From Patescibacteria group bacterium (lineage in GTDB: Bacteria; Patescibacteriota; Minisyncoccia; GWC2-36-17; M10-OD1-4), in assembly GCA_038061695.1 (NCBI GenBank), contig JBBTYT010000001.1:1339-65338 (forward strand): a DNA stretch of 64,000 bases, written 5' to 3'. The notes under the pieces were generated by a model. It had not been told where the DNA came from and ran no database searches. It saw nothing but the letters and a program-made list of their open reading frames with translations. This document shows, piece after piece, positions 38,540-47,193 of the stretch. The first letter of the stretch is position 1, and each line of letters opens with the position of its first letter. Position numbers and translations under genes: made by a program.

Positions 38540-39769
38540 ATGAAAATAAAACAAAAACTTATCGGATCGTTTTTTTTGCTTCTTTTCTTTACTCTAGGTA
38601 TAACTAGTTATTTGCTTTATAAAAATTCAGTTAATAATTCTATCAACCTTGTATATGCAACAATGCATCAGGATATTAAGCAGAGAGCTCTTCGCATTGA
38701 AAATTTTCAAGATAGGGCAAAGAGCGATCTATTACTAGCTCTTAATTATCCGCTTTTTATAGAATATTTTGAGCTTCCAGAAACTAAAGCAGGAAATGTT
38801 TATGTGGATGGGATTATACAGTTTACCCCTAATCAACGTGAGATTAAAAATAAGCTTGATGTATGGATCAAGTTTTTTCAGAATCGATTTTCTGTTGATG
38901 AAACTTGCCTTATTGATGGATCTGGACAGGAGCATACGCGACTTACTTCAGGTATAATAGCGCCAGACGATGATTTTTCGAGTGAAGAAGATGGCGCGTC
39001 GTTTTTTGCGCCTAGTATGGCAAAATCAAAAGGAGAGGTACATATAGAGTATCCATATATGTCTCCAGATTCTAATAGGTGGGTATTCGCATATACTTCA
39101 CCAATCGTATTATCTGATGGATCAAAACCTTCGTTTTTTCACTTTGAGTTACCTATGTTATTTTTTCAAAAAACATCACTTGAACGCGCTCCTGAAAAAA
39201 CACGTATAATAGTACTTGATCCGGCAAAGGGTCTCATCCTTGCAGATACCGCGCAGAATATAGAGACAGGCGTTAAGGAATTGGGAGATATTGAAAAGTC
39301 GTTGATGACAAATTATTTTCCATCAATTAATACTATCTCGACAGGCGTAAACTTTAATACAGCTATAGCAGATATGAAAGCTGGAAAAGAAGGAAGTATA
39401 AATATTACAATGATAAATGGAGAAGAGAAGCTACTGGCATACGGTCCACTTACTACATTTGGTTGGTCTGTTTTAGAAATAAGAGATAGTGGAGAGAGTG
39501 GGGTGGCTGGAGTGTTCGGTGGTTCTATGCTGATTATTCTTATCACTGTCTTTCTTCTTGACCTTATTATTATCATCATCGTAACAAGAGCAATTGTACG
39601 ACCGATAGAAAGCTTAACTGAGAGCGCAAGTAAAATATCAAGAGGAGAAGCGAATGTTATGATACCAGAAATAAAAACTAAAGATGAGATTCACGATCTT
39701 GCAGAGGCAATGAAAGGTGTTCTTGCCGCTGTAGAATTTTTACGTGATGAAATTGATAAGAAAAAATAA
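38540..39769 (+). CDS. Membrane sensor-like protein: periplasmic Cache-like region, TM and HAMP domain, with no output domain
   Basis: N-terminal TM LIGSFFLLLFFTLGITSYLL, about 280-aa extracytoplasmic region, second TM MLIILITVFLLDLIIIIIV, then HAMP IVRPIESLTESASKISRGEANVMIPEIKTKDEIHDLAEAMKGVLAAV. Protein ends 20 aa later. Confidence 0.55.
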   Translation: MKIKQKLIGSFFLLLFFTLGITSYLLYKNSVNNSINLVYATMHQDIKQRALRIENFQDRAKSDLLLALNYPLFIEYFELPETKAGNVYVDGIIQFTPNQREIKNKLDVWIKFFQNRFSVDETCLIDGSGQEHTRLTSGIIAPDDDFSSEEDGASFFAPSMAKSKGEVHIEYPYMSPDSNRWVFAYTSPIVLSDGSKPSFFHFELPMLFFQKTSLERAPEKTRIIVLDPAKGLILADTAQNIETGVKELGDIEKSLMTNYFPSINTISTGVNFNTAIADMKAGKEGSINITMINGEEKLLAYGPLTTFGWSVLEIRDSGESGVAGVFGGSMLIILITVFLLDLIIIIIVTRAIVRPIESLTESASKISRGEANVMIPEIKTKDEIHDLAEAMKGVLAAVEFLRDEIDKKK

Positions 39770-39771
39770 AA

Positions 39772-39954
39772 TTGGGAAAGATATTGTTACAATATTATGA
39801 AATAGTAAAAGAGAGAGATGGGCTAAACTCTCAGGTTAAATTAGCTATGTTAACTAGGATTTCGTCAAAGAAAGCTGAAGTGATTGAGGATTCTCCAGAG
39901 AATATTGCGTTATTTGAAGATGCGATGAAAAAGATATTTGATGACAAAGATTAA
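39772..39954 (+). CDS. Small hypothetical protein (60 aa) downstream of the sensor
   Basis: ORF only. Followed by a 15-bp perfect-stem hairpin ACAACAGGCATCTAT...ATAGATGCCTGTTGT at 39974-40009. Confidence 0.3.
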   Translation: MGKILLQYYEIVKERDGLNSQVKLAMLTRISSKKAEVIEDSPENIALFEDAMKKIFDDKD

Positions 39955-40133
39955 GCGTGATGATTATAAAAAACAACAGGCATCTATCTTAATGGTAGAT
40001 GCCTGTTGTCAGCATTGATAGTTTTACAATAATGGTTAGGTTTGGATTAATATATCATAAAAATTTTTTGACATATTAAATTTATGTTGATATAGTAAGT
40101 CAATTAATTATAGAGGTAAATATTAATTTTTTT

Positions 40134-42866
40134 ATGAAATCAAGAAGGTTGTTTTTTATAGGCGCATTTTTTATCTTATTTGTCGTTTTTCCTAGCGTAG
40201 TAACACTTACAATAGATTGGTGGTGGTTTTCTGAAGTAGGTTATAGTAATATTTTTATTAAATCATTAGCTACTAAAATTCTATTATTTTTTTCAGTTTT
40301 TGTTTTTGTCGCTAGCTTCTTATTTACAAATCTCTACTTGGCGATTCGTTCAAAATCTCCTTGGGTAGCAAGTTTGCCGGAAATGTTAATTGGACGTTCT
40401 ATAAATCTTGATAATAGAGTTATCAAGAAATTAGCTATTACTGCAAGTCTTGTCATCGCGCTTTTTTTTGGATTTTCTGCAGTTGCTAATTGGCAAGAAA
40501 TTTTAAGATTTTATTCAGCTACGTCTTTTGGCGTAGTGGATCCAATTTTTGGAAAGGATGTAGCTTTTTATATTTTTTCTCTTCCTATATTTCAATTTAC
40601 TCTTGGTATCGTAAAGATGTTAATTGTTTTAACATTAATTATTTGTGCGTTTATATATGTTTTACGTGGTTCTCTTCGTTTTCCAGCGTTATCAGCACAA
40701 CGCGGGTTGCAATCTTTAAGGAATATAGAGATAGATCCTTCAACACGTCTTCATCTTGGTATTTTGTTAACTATTTTCTTGGCAACTATTGCCATCGGTA
40801 TATATCTCTCTTTATTTTCTCTGCTTACGAGTCAGAGTGGTCTTATCTTTGGCGCAACATATACAGATGCAACGATAAGAATACCATTATTATGGATATC
40901 TTTCGGCGTTGTTTTGTTCGCAGTAGCATCTCTATTTATATGGATATGGAGGGGAAGTTTGGCGTTGTTCGCAGGATCAATTTTTCTTTATATTTTAGTA
41001 GGAATAGCTTCCGTGATCATCCCATCTTTAGTTCAAAAATTATCTGTCACTCCAAATGAAATAGTGAAAGAAACGCCGTTTATTAAAAATAATATAGATG
41101 CTACTCGTCAGGCATTTGCTCTTAACGAGATAGAGGAAAGGGAGATTTCAGTGGATAAGCCAATAACTTCTGCTGATATAACTGCTAATAATCTTACCAT
41201 TAAGAATGTTAGGCTTTGGGATAGAAATCCTCTTTTATCAACATTTTCACAAATACAAGAGATAAGGACTTATTATGAATTTGTTGAAGTTGATGACGAT
41301 CGTTATATTATTGACGGAGAGATTCGTCAAGTTATGCTTTCTCTGCGTGAGTTGGCATCGGCTTCTTTACCGAATAGAAATTGGATTAACGAGCGTCTTA
41401 CATTTACTCACGGCTATGGCGTAGCGGCAGGACCTGTTAACCAAGTTACGCCAGAAGGATTACCAGTTTTATTTGTTAAAGATTTACCACCAAAGTCAGA
41501 TGTAAAGGAGCTTGAGATTTCTCGTCCCGAAATTTATTTTTCTGAACTTTCAAATGATTACATTATAACAAACACAAAATCACGCGAGTTTAATTATCCA
41601 AAAGGCGAAGAAAATGTTTACTCAGATTATGAGGGTAGCGGTGGCGTTGAGATTAATTCATTTTTGAAGCGTATATTTTATGCATTTAAGTTTAAATCAC
41701 TCGCATTGCTTTTATCAAACGACATTACTAGGGAAAGTCGTATTATTTACTTAAGAAATATATCTGATAGAGTTGCTAAGATTGCGCCATTTTTAACATT
41801 TGATAAAGATCCATATAGTGTTATTGCTGATGGTAAATTATATTGGATCGCTGATGCTTACACAACAAGTGATAGGTATCCTTATTCTCAACCATTAAAA
41901 TTAAATGGTAAAAATATAAATTACATCAGAAATTCTGTAAAGGCGGTAGTTGATGCATATAATGGAAAAATAACATTTTATCAAGCGGATGCAAAAGACC
42001 CGATTTTACAAACATATGCAAAGATTTTTCCAGGAACATTCAAGCCAATCTCAGAAATGCCAAAAAGCTTAATTTCTCATATTCGTTATCCTCAAGATAT
42101 ATTTACATTACAGACAAATATGTACTCTATTTATCATATGGATGATCCGCAGGCATTTTATAATAAAGAGGATCAATGGGAGGTTCCAATAATTACAGTG
42201 GATGGAGATGGTGTGTCTAAAGATAGATCTCCGCAGATGCAACCAAGGCATATTATTATGAGGTTGCCAGAAGAGAAAAAAGAAGAATATATTTTGATGT
42301 TGCCATTTACGCCGCGCGCAAAAGATAATCTTTCGGCTTGGATAGTTGCTCGTAATGATGGAGAAAATTACGGCAATCTTATAGTTTATCGTTTTCCTAA
42401 AGATAAGTTAATTTTTGGACCAAAGCAGATTATTGGTAGAATCAATCAAGACCCCGAGATTTCCCAACAGCTTTCTTTATGGAATCAGGGCGGTTCGCAA
42501 GTTATTCAAGGGCCATTACTAGTAATCCCAATAGAGGAATCATTGCTTTATGTGCGTTCTCTTTTTCTTAAGGCTGAGAATGGTAAAATTCCTGAATTAA
42601 AACGTGTTATTGTGGCATATGAGAATAAAATTGCGATGAAAGAGACATTAGAGGAGGGACTCGCAGTAATTTTTGGCAATAGTCCTACGATGAAATTAAA
42701 AGATAATAAAATTGCAAAACAGAAAATTACTATAACAGAAAATACGACTGAGCGTATAAAAAAAGCATTAAGTGCTTATGAGGAGTCATTGCGTGCTCAG
42801 AGAGATGGTGATTGGACACGCTATGGTGACGCAATTAAACGCTTAGGTGAAATATTAAAGCAATAA
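40134..42866 (+). CDS. UPF0182-like large membrane protein (N-terminal polytopic domain plus large extracytoplasmic C-terminal domain)
   Basis: 910 aa; N-terminus TIDWWWFSEVGY with about 7 TM helices, then a soluble domain. Family assigned from recalled architecture. Internal plus ORF 40490-41059 is in another frame and rejected. Confidence 0.45.
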   Translation: MKSRRLFFIGAFFILFVVFPSVVTLTIDWWWFSEVGYSNIFIKSLATKILLFFSVFVFVASFLFTNLYLAIRSKSPWVASLPEMLIGRSINLDNRVIKKLAITASLVIALFFGFSAVANWQEILRFYSATSFGVVDPIFGKDVAFYIFSLPIFQFTLGIVKMLIVLTLIICAFIYVLRGSLRFPALSAQRGLQSLRNIEIDPSTRLHLGILLTIFLATIAIGIYLSLFSLLTSQSGLIFGATYTDATIRIPLLWISFGVVLFAVASLFIWIWRGSLALFAGSIFLYILVGIASVIIPSLVQKLSVTPNEIVKETPFIKNNIDATRQAFALNEIEEREISVDKPITSADITANNLTIKNVRLWDRNPLLSTFSQIQEIRTYYEFVEVDDDRYIIDGEIRQVMLSLRELASASLPNRNWINERLTFTHGYGVAAGPVNQVTPEGLPVLFVKDLPPKSDVKELEISRPEIYFSELSNDYIITNTKSREFNYPKGEENVYSDYEGSGGVEINSFLKRIFYAFKFKSLALLLSNDITRESRIIYLRNISDRVAKIAPFLTFDKDPYSVIADGKLYWIADAYTTSDRYPYSQPLKLNGKNINYIRNSVKAVVDAYNGKITFYQADAKDPILQTYAKIFPGTFKPISEMPKSLISHIRYPQDIFTLQTNMYSIYHMDDPQAFYNKEDQWEVPIITVDGDGVSKDRSPQMQPRHIIMRLPEEKKEEYILMLPFTPRAKDNLSAWIVARNDGENYGNLIVYRFPKDKLIFGPKQIIGRINQDPEISQQLSLWNQGGSQVIQGPLLVIPIEESLLYVRSLFLKAENGKIPELKRVIVAYENKIAMKETLEEGLAVIFGNSPTMKLKDNKIAKQKITITENTTERIKKALSAYEESLRAQRDGDWTRYGDAIKRLGEILKQ

Positions 42867-42913
42867 ATATCTTACCATATACAAAGGAGGTTTTTAATTA
42901 AAATTTTAAAATT

Positions 42914-43807
42914 ATGAAGATAGGATATATAGGATTAGGAAAAATGGGTGAAGGTATGGTATTGAGGCTTTTGGAAAAAGGCTGGGATGTTGTTGCTTAT
43001 AATAGGAGTAAAGATCCGATAAAAGAGGTGGAAAAAAATGGTGCTGTTGGAGCATATTCATTAAGAGAGCTAGTGGATAAGTTGGAAACGCCAAGAGTTA
43101 TTTGGTTAATGGTTTCACATCAAGCCGTTGACGCTGTCCTAGAAGAGCTTGTGCCTTTGCTTTCTGATGGTGATGTTCTGATAGATGGTGGAAATTCAAA
43201 TTATAAGGAAACTTTAAAAAGATCAAAGGAGTTAAAAGAAAAAAATATCCACTTTTTAGATGCTGGCACAAGCGGTGGTCCAAGAGGAGCGAGAAATGGC
43301 GCTTGTGTGATGGTTGGCGGTGAAAGAGATTTATTTGATAGATATGAGAAGCTTTTTACAGATATATCTGCGGATAAGGCATATGGATATATGGGTCGCT
43401 CAGGATCAGGTCATTTTGTGAAGATGGTACATAATGGCATTGAATATGGGATGATGCAGGCTCTTGGAGAAGGATTCGAAGTTTTAAAAAAATCGGAATT
43501 TAATTTGAATCTTACAGAGGTTGTAAAGATATATAATAATAAAAGTGTAATAGAATCACGTCTTACAAACTGGCTTCAAAGCGCCTTTCAAAAACATAGT
43601 GAGGATTTAAATGGTATTTCAGGCAAGGTTTCTCATAGCGGGGAAGGTCTTTGGACTGTTGAGGCGGCAAATGAGCTTGGTGTGCCATTACCTATTATAG
43701 AGGGTTCGCTTAAATTCAGGGAAGAGTCGCAAAATAATCCTAGCTACACAGGTCAAGTTCTTTCCGCTTTGAGGAATGAATTTGGAGGACACGATGTTAA
43801 AAACTAA
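42914..43807 (+). CDS. gnd: 6-phosphogluconate dehydrogenase, decarboxylating, short (about 300 aa) form
   Basis: MKIGYIGLGKMGEGMVLRL Rossmann motif; 6PGDH C-terminal core; strong SD AAAGGAGG upstream. Confidence 0.7.
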   Translation: MKIGYIGLGKMGEGMVLRLLEKGWDVVAYNRSKDPIKEVEKNGAVGAYSLRELVDKLETPRVIWLMVSHQAVDAVLEELVPLLSDGDVLIDGGNSNYKETLKRSKELKEKNIHFLDAGTSGGPRGARNGACVMVGGERDLFDRYEKLFTDISADKAYGYMGRSGSGHFVKMVHNGIEYGMMQALGEGFEVLKKSEFNLNLTEVVKIYNNKSVIESRLTNWLQSAFQKHSEDLNGISGKVSHSGEGLWTVEAANELGVPLPIIEGSLKFREESQNNPSYTGQVLSALRNEFGGHDVKN

Positions 43808-44551
43808 ATGATTGATATAAAAGTGTACGAGAGTAAAAAAGATGCACTAAACAATATATCTGATGATATAAATAAAAAGATATCAGAATTCAAAAAAAGT
43901 AATACGCCTTTATTATTTTTAATATCAGGCGGTTCGGTTCTTGAAATTTTAGATTATATAAAAAAAGATTTTTTAGGAGATTTTATGACAATTTCTGTTT
44001 TAGATGAGAGGTTTGATATTACTAATAAAAATAATAATTTTACTCAGCTTTCAGAAAGAGTGATTTATAAAGCGATGGTTTTTGCAGGAGTCAATTTTAT
44101 AGATACAAGCGTAAAGTATGGTCAAACAAAAGAAGAGTTGGCTGATTTTTTTGAAGAAGAGCTTAAGAGCTGGAACGGAAAAAAAATAAATGGTAGAATA
44201 ATAGCAATATTTGGCGTCGGTATTGATGGACATACATCTGGCATTATGCCTTTTTTCAAAGATGAGAAAAAGTTTCTGGAATTATTTGAAGGTGATAGAT
44301 GGGTTATTAGTTATGATGCGTCAGGGAAAAATCAATATTCAGAAAGAGTAACAACGACAAATACTTTTTTACGCCGTATAGATGAAGCCTTTGTATTTGT
44401 AATTGGAGAAGAAAAAAAGATGGCATTAGAAAATATGCAAAAAAATGGAAGTGTAGCGGAAGTTCCAGCGAGAATTTTAGCTGAAATTAACGCCAAGGTT
44501 TATACAAATATACTATTTAAAAACTTTGAAATTACGAAAGAGAAAGATTAA
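43808..44551 (+). CDS. pgl: 6-phosphogluconolactonase (NagB/Pgl family)
   Basis: LFLISGGSVLEIL; 247 aa; lies between gnd and pgi. Confidence 0.55.
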   Translation: MIDIKVYESKKDALNNISDDINKKISEFKKSNTPLLFLISGGSVLEILDYIKKDFLGDFMTISVLDERFDITNKNNNFTQLSERVIYKAMVFAGVNFIDTSVKYGQTKEELADFFEEELKSWNGKKINGRIIAIFGVGIDGHTSGIMPFFKDEKKFLELFEGDRWVISYDASGKNQYSERVTTTNTFLRRIDEAFVFVIGEEKKMALENMQKNGSVAEVPARILAEINAKVYTNILFKNFEITKEKD

Positions 44552-44665
44552 GGTTTTCTTACGTGTGCTCACGCTAATCTGCCGACCAGTAGATTAGCTG
44601 CGCTTACCGTTAACACTTCAGAAAACCTTAATCTTTCTCTTTCGTAATTCGAAATTAAAAAAAAG

Positions 44666-45982
44666 ATGATGCAATTTTTTTATAAAAAAATATCTCAAAT
44701 AGAAGAAGGTGATACTATAGCGGTAACTTCTACTTTAAAAGATTATATTAAGCGCTTAAATGAAATTGCAAAAAGCGGGAATTATGAATCTCCGGAAGCA
44801 TCAATTAATTTAGCATTTGATGATGAGCTTATAAATAAGTCAGTAGAATTGGCAAGAATTAAAAAAAACGACAGATTAAAATATATAGTAATTGTCGGCA
44901 TAGGAGGTTCTAATCTCGGCACGATGGCTGTTTATGAGGCTATTTTTGGCAATTTAGCCGTAGTTTTAAATAATCAAAAGCCAAAGATGATATTTTTGGA
45001 TACGAATAATCCAAAAGATATTTTAGATGTGAAGCATATTTTAGCTGACATAAAAGATAGAGATGAAATACTAATAAATTTAATCAGTAAGTCTGGAGGA
45101 ACAACAGAAACAGTTGCGAATTTCGAGGTTTTATATGATTTTCTAAAAGGTAAAATTGATAATTTTGATGAAAGAGTTGTTGTAACAACGGATTTTGAGT
45201 CAAAGCTTTGGATTTCTGCAAAGAATAAAGGATTTTCTCTTTTGGAGATTCCAAAAAATGTAGGCGGAAGATATTCTCTCTTTTCTGCTGTTGGTATTTT
45301 CCCGTTAGCTTTGATTGGGATTGATATTAAGAATATTCTTGAGGGAGCGAAGAATATGAGAGATATATGTTTAAATAATGATATAGAAAAAAACCCAGCT
45401 CTCTTATCAGCTATTTTAATTTTTTTACATAATAAGAAAGGTATAAATATAAATAATTCTTTCTTTTTTCACTCACAACTTGAATCGGTTGGCAGGTGGT
45501 ATAGGCAACTTTTAGGGGAGTCTATAGGTAAGCAAAATAATAAGAATGGTGAAGAAGTAAGGGTTGGAATAACACCAATAGTATCTATAGGTTCGACAGA
45601 CCTTCATTCTATGGCTCAGCTTTTTTTGGGCGGTCCAAAAGATAAATTTACAACATTTATAAATACACAATCTCATAAAAGTGGTGTAAGTATGCCAAAT
45701 AAGCTTGAACTTGGTGAGCTTGTAGAAGATATAGCAGGAAGAGATTTTTCAGATATAATGGACGCAATATATAAAGGAGTAAAAGAGGCTTATATTCAAA
45801 ATAAAATGCCTTTTATGGAGGTGATTATAGATGATATTAATGAGAAAGAGTTGGGCGGATTTTTACAATTTAAGATGATGGAGATAATCTTTTTGGCGGA
45901 ACTTTTAAATGTAAACGCCTTTGATCAGCCTAATGTAGAGGATTATAAAAAAGAGACAAGGAAGATATTAAAAATTATATAG
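44666..45982 (+). CDS. pgi: Glucose-6-phosphate isomerase
   Basis: VIVGIGGSNLGTMAVYEAI, SKSGGTTET, GGRYSLFSAVG (PGI signatures); 438 aa. Confidence 0.85.
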   Translation: MMQFFYKKISQIEEGDTIAVTSTLKDYIKRLNEIAKSGNYESPEASINLAFDDELINKSVELARIKKNDRLKYIVIVGIGGSNLGTMAVYEAIFGNLAVVLNNQKPKMIFLDTNNPKDILDVKHILADIKDRDEILINLISKSGGTTETVANFEVLYDFLKGKIDNFDERVVVTTDFESKLWISAKNKGFSLLEIPKNVGGRYSLFSAVGIFPLALIGIDIKNILEGAKNMRDICLNNDIEKNPALLSAILIFLHNKKGININNSFFFHSQLESVGRWYRQLLGESIGKQNNKNGEEVRVGITPIVSIGSTDLHSMAQLFLGGPKDKFTTFINTQSHKSGVSMPNKLELGELVEDIAGRDFSDIMDAIYKGVKEAYIQNKMPFMEVIIDDINEKELGGFLQFKMMEIIFLAELLNVNAFDQPNVEDYKKETRKILKII

Positions 45983-46068
45983 CATTGATTTTTTTGTATA
46001 AATCTGTTATAATCTATGAAATTAATGTATAACATAGTTCTTTGAATTCATAATTAGGAGGGTTAAAT

Positions 46069-46332
46069 ATGATATTAAAGAATAATCAAGCAGGGAGCTA
46101 TGTTGTTGAGCTCGATGCTTACGAAGGTGTAGTTAGGGGAGCTAAGGTGTTATTCATAGCTTCTAACGAAAAGGTCGTCGTAAGAAATATCTCTAGTGTT
46201 GATAACGAGGTATTTATTATGGTTGATACTCCTAAGAAATTCTGGAGGGATTGTCATAAGAATCTTGGGCAGTCTTTTGAACCACCAGAAATTGTGAAGG
46301 TTCGCAAGAGCGATATTTATGTTCTTGTGTAA
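46069..46332 (+). CDS. Small hypothetical protein (87 aa) with strong SD and its own terminator
   Basis: SD AGGAGGG 7 nt upstream; terminator ACCCGC...GCGGGT plus T-run at 46345-46385. Confidence 0.45.
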   Translation: MILKNNQAGSYVVELDAYEGVVRGAKVLFIASNEKVVVRNISSVDNEVFIMVDTPKKFWRDCHKNLGQSFEPPEIVKVRKSDIYVLV

Positions 46333-46490
46333 TTAAACCCATAGACCCGCGGAAGCTAAAAAAGCTGAAGCGGGTTTTTTATTTGCACTCTGTTTTAGCG
46401 CATTATGTTGTGGATTAAATTTAGTTGGTGATATGTATATTTATTGATATAATGTTATTATGCATTAATAATAATTAATTTTTTAAAAAA

Positions 46491-46835
46491 ATGATGAGAA
46501 AGAAGTTTGAGTCTAATATTAAATTAGACAGGTCTATTTTTACAAATGCTCTTATATTAACTTTATTAGTAGGGTTGATTTTTTTTGCATATATTTTTGG
46601 TTCTTCTAATGGATATGTAAAAGGTAAGAAGATTGGAATATCAGAAGGAAAAGAGACTGGGCAAATTGAACTTTTGCAAGCGCAGAGAAAGTCTGCTGAA
46701 GATGCTATTATGGCAGCTCAGAATAGACTCAAAGAAGGACAGGATGCTTCTGCTCCAAAGGATATAAAAAATCCAATAGAGGATACACTTTCTCAGCCAT
46801 TTGGAACACCACTTGTAAATCCACTTAATAATTAA
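46491..46835 (+). CDS. Small membrane protein, paralog A
   Basis: TM LILTLLVGLIFFAYIFGSS, then GYVKGKKIGISEGKETGQIELLQAQRKSAEDA, C-terminal NPLNN. Confidence 0.5.
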   Translation: MMRKKFESNIKLDRSIFTNALILTLLVGLIFFAYIFGSSNGYVKGKKIGISEGKETGQIELLQAQRKSAEDAIMAAQNRLKEGQDASAPKDIKNPIEDTLSQPFGTPLVNPLNN

Positions 46836-46866
46836 TATATTAATTAGTAATTTAAGTTAATAAAAT

Positions 46867-47163
46867 ATGACAAAAACATTCTATATAGTTTTGTTTCTTC
46901 TTATTTTGATAGCGGGCGGAATTTGTTCTGGGTATTGGTATGGAAGTTCTACTGGTTTTGATTATGGTAAATCAATCGGCATAATAGAAGGAATTGAAAC
47001 AGGTAAGGTGCTAGGAAGATCAGCTGTTTTAAAGGAGCAAAGCAGTGCGGCTGAAAAAGCTTCAAAGGAAGCGCAAGATAAAGTTCTTAAAGATATTAAT
47101 CCATTTAACGCAGAAGAAATTAATCCTTTTTCCAATAGCTATACAAATCCTTTTGCTCAATAG
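46867..47163 (+). CDS. Small membrane protein, paralog B
   Basis: TM FYIVLFLLILIAGGICSGYWYGSS, then GFDYGKSIGIIEGIETGKVLGRSAVLKEQSSAAEKA, C-terminal INPFSNSYTNPF. Confidence 0.5.
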   Translation: MTKTFYIVLFLLILIAGGICSGYWYGSSTGFDYGKSIGIIEGIETGKVLGRSAVLKEQSSAAEKASKEAQDKVLKDINPFNAEEINPFSNSYTNPFAQ

Positions 47164-47193
47164 AGAGTTAAAATATTTTGTAAAATTAAAATA

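Noticed and set aside
40490-41059. 189-aa alternative-frame plus ORF
   Set aside because: Entirely inside the 910-aa UPF0182-like ORF in a different frame. The product is a low-complexity Phe/Ser/Tyr/Cys-rich string typical of off-frame AT-rich DNA.
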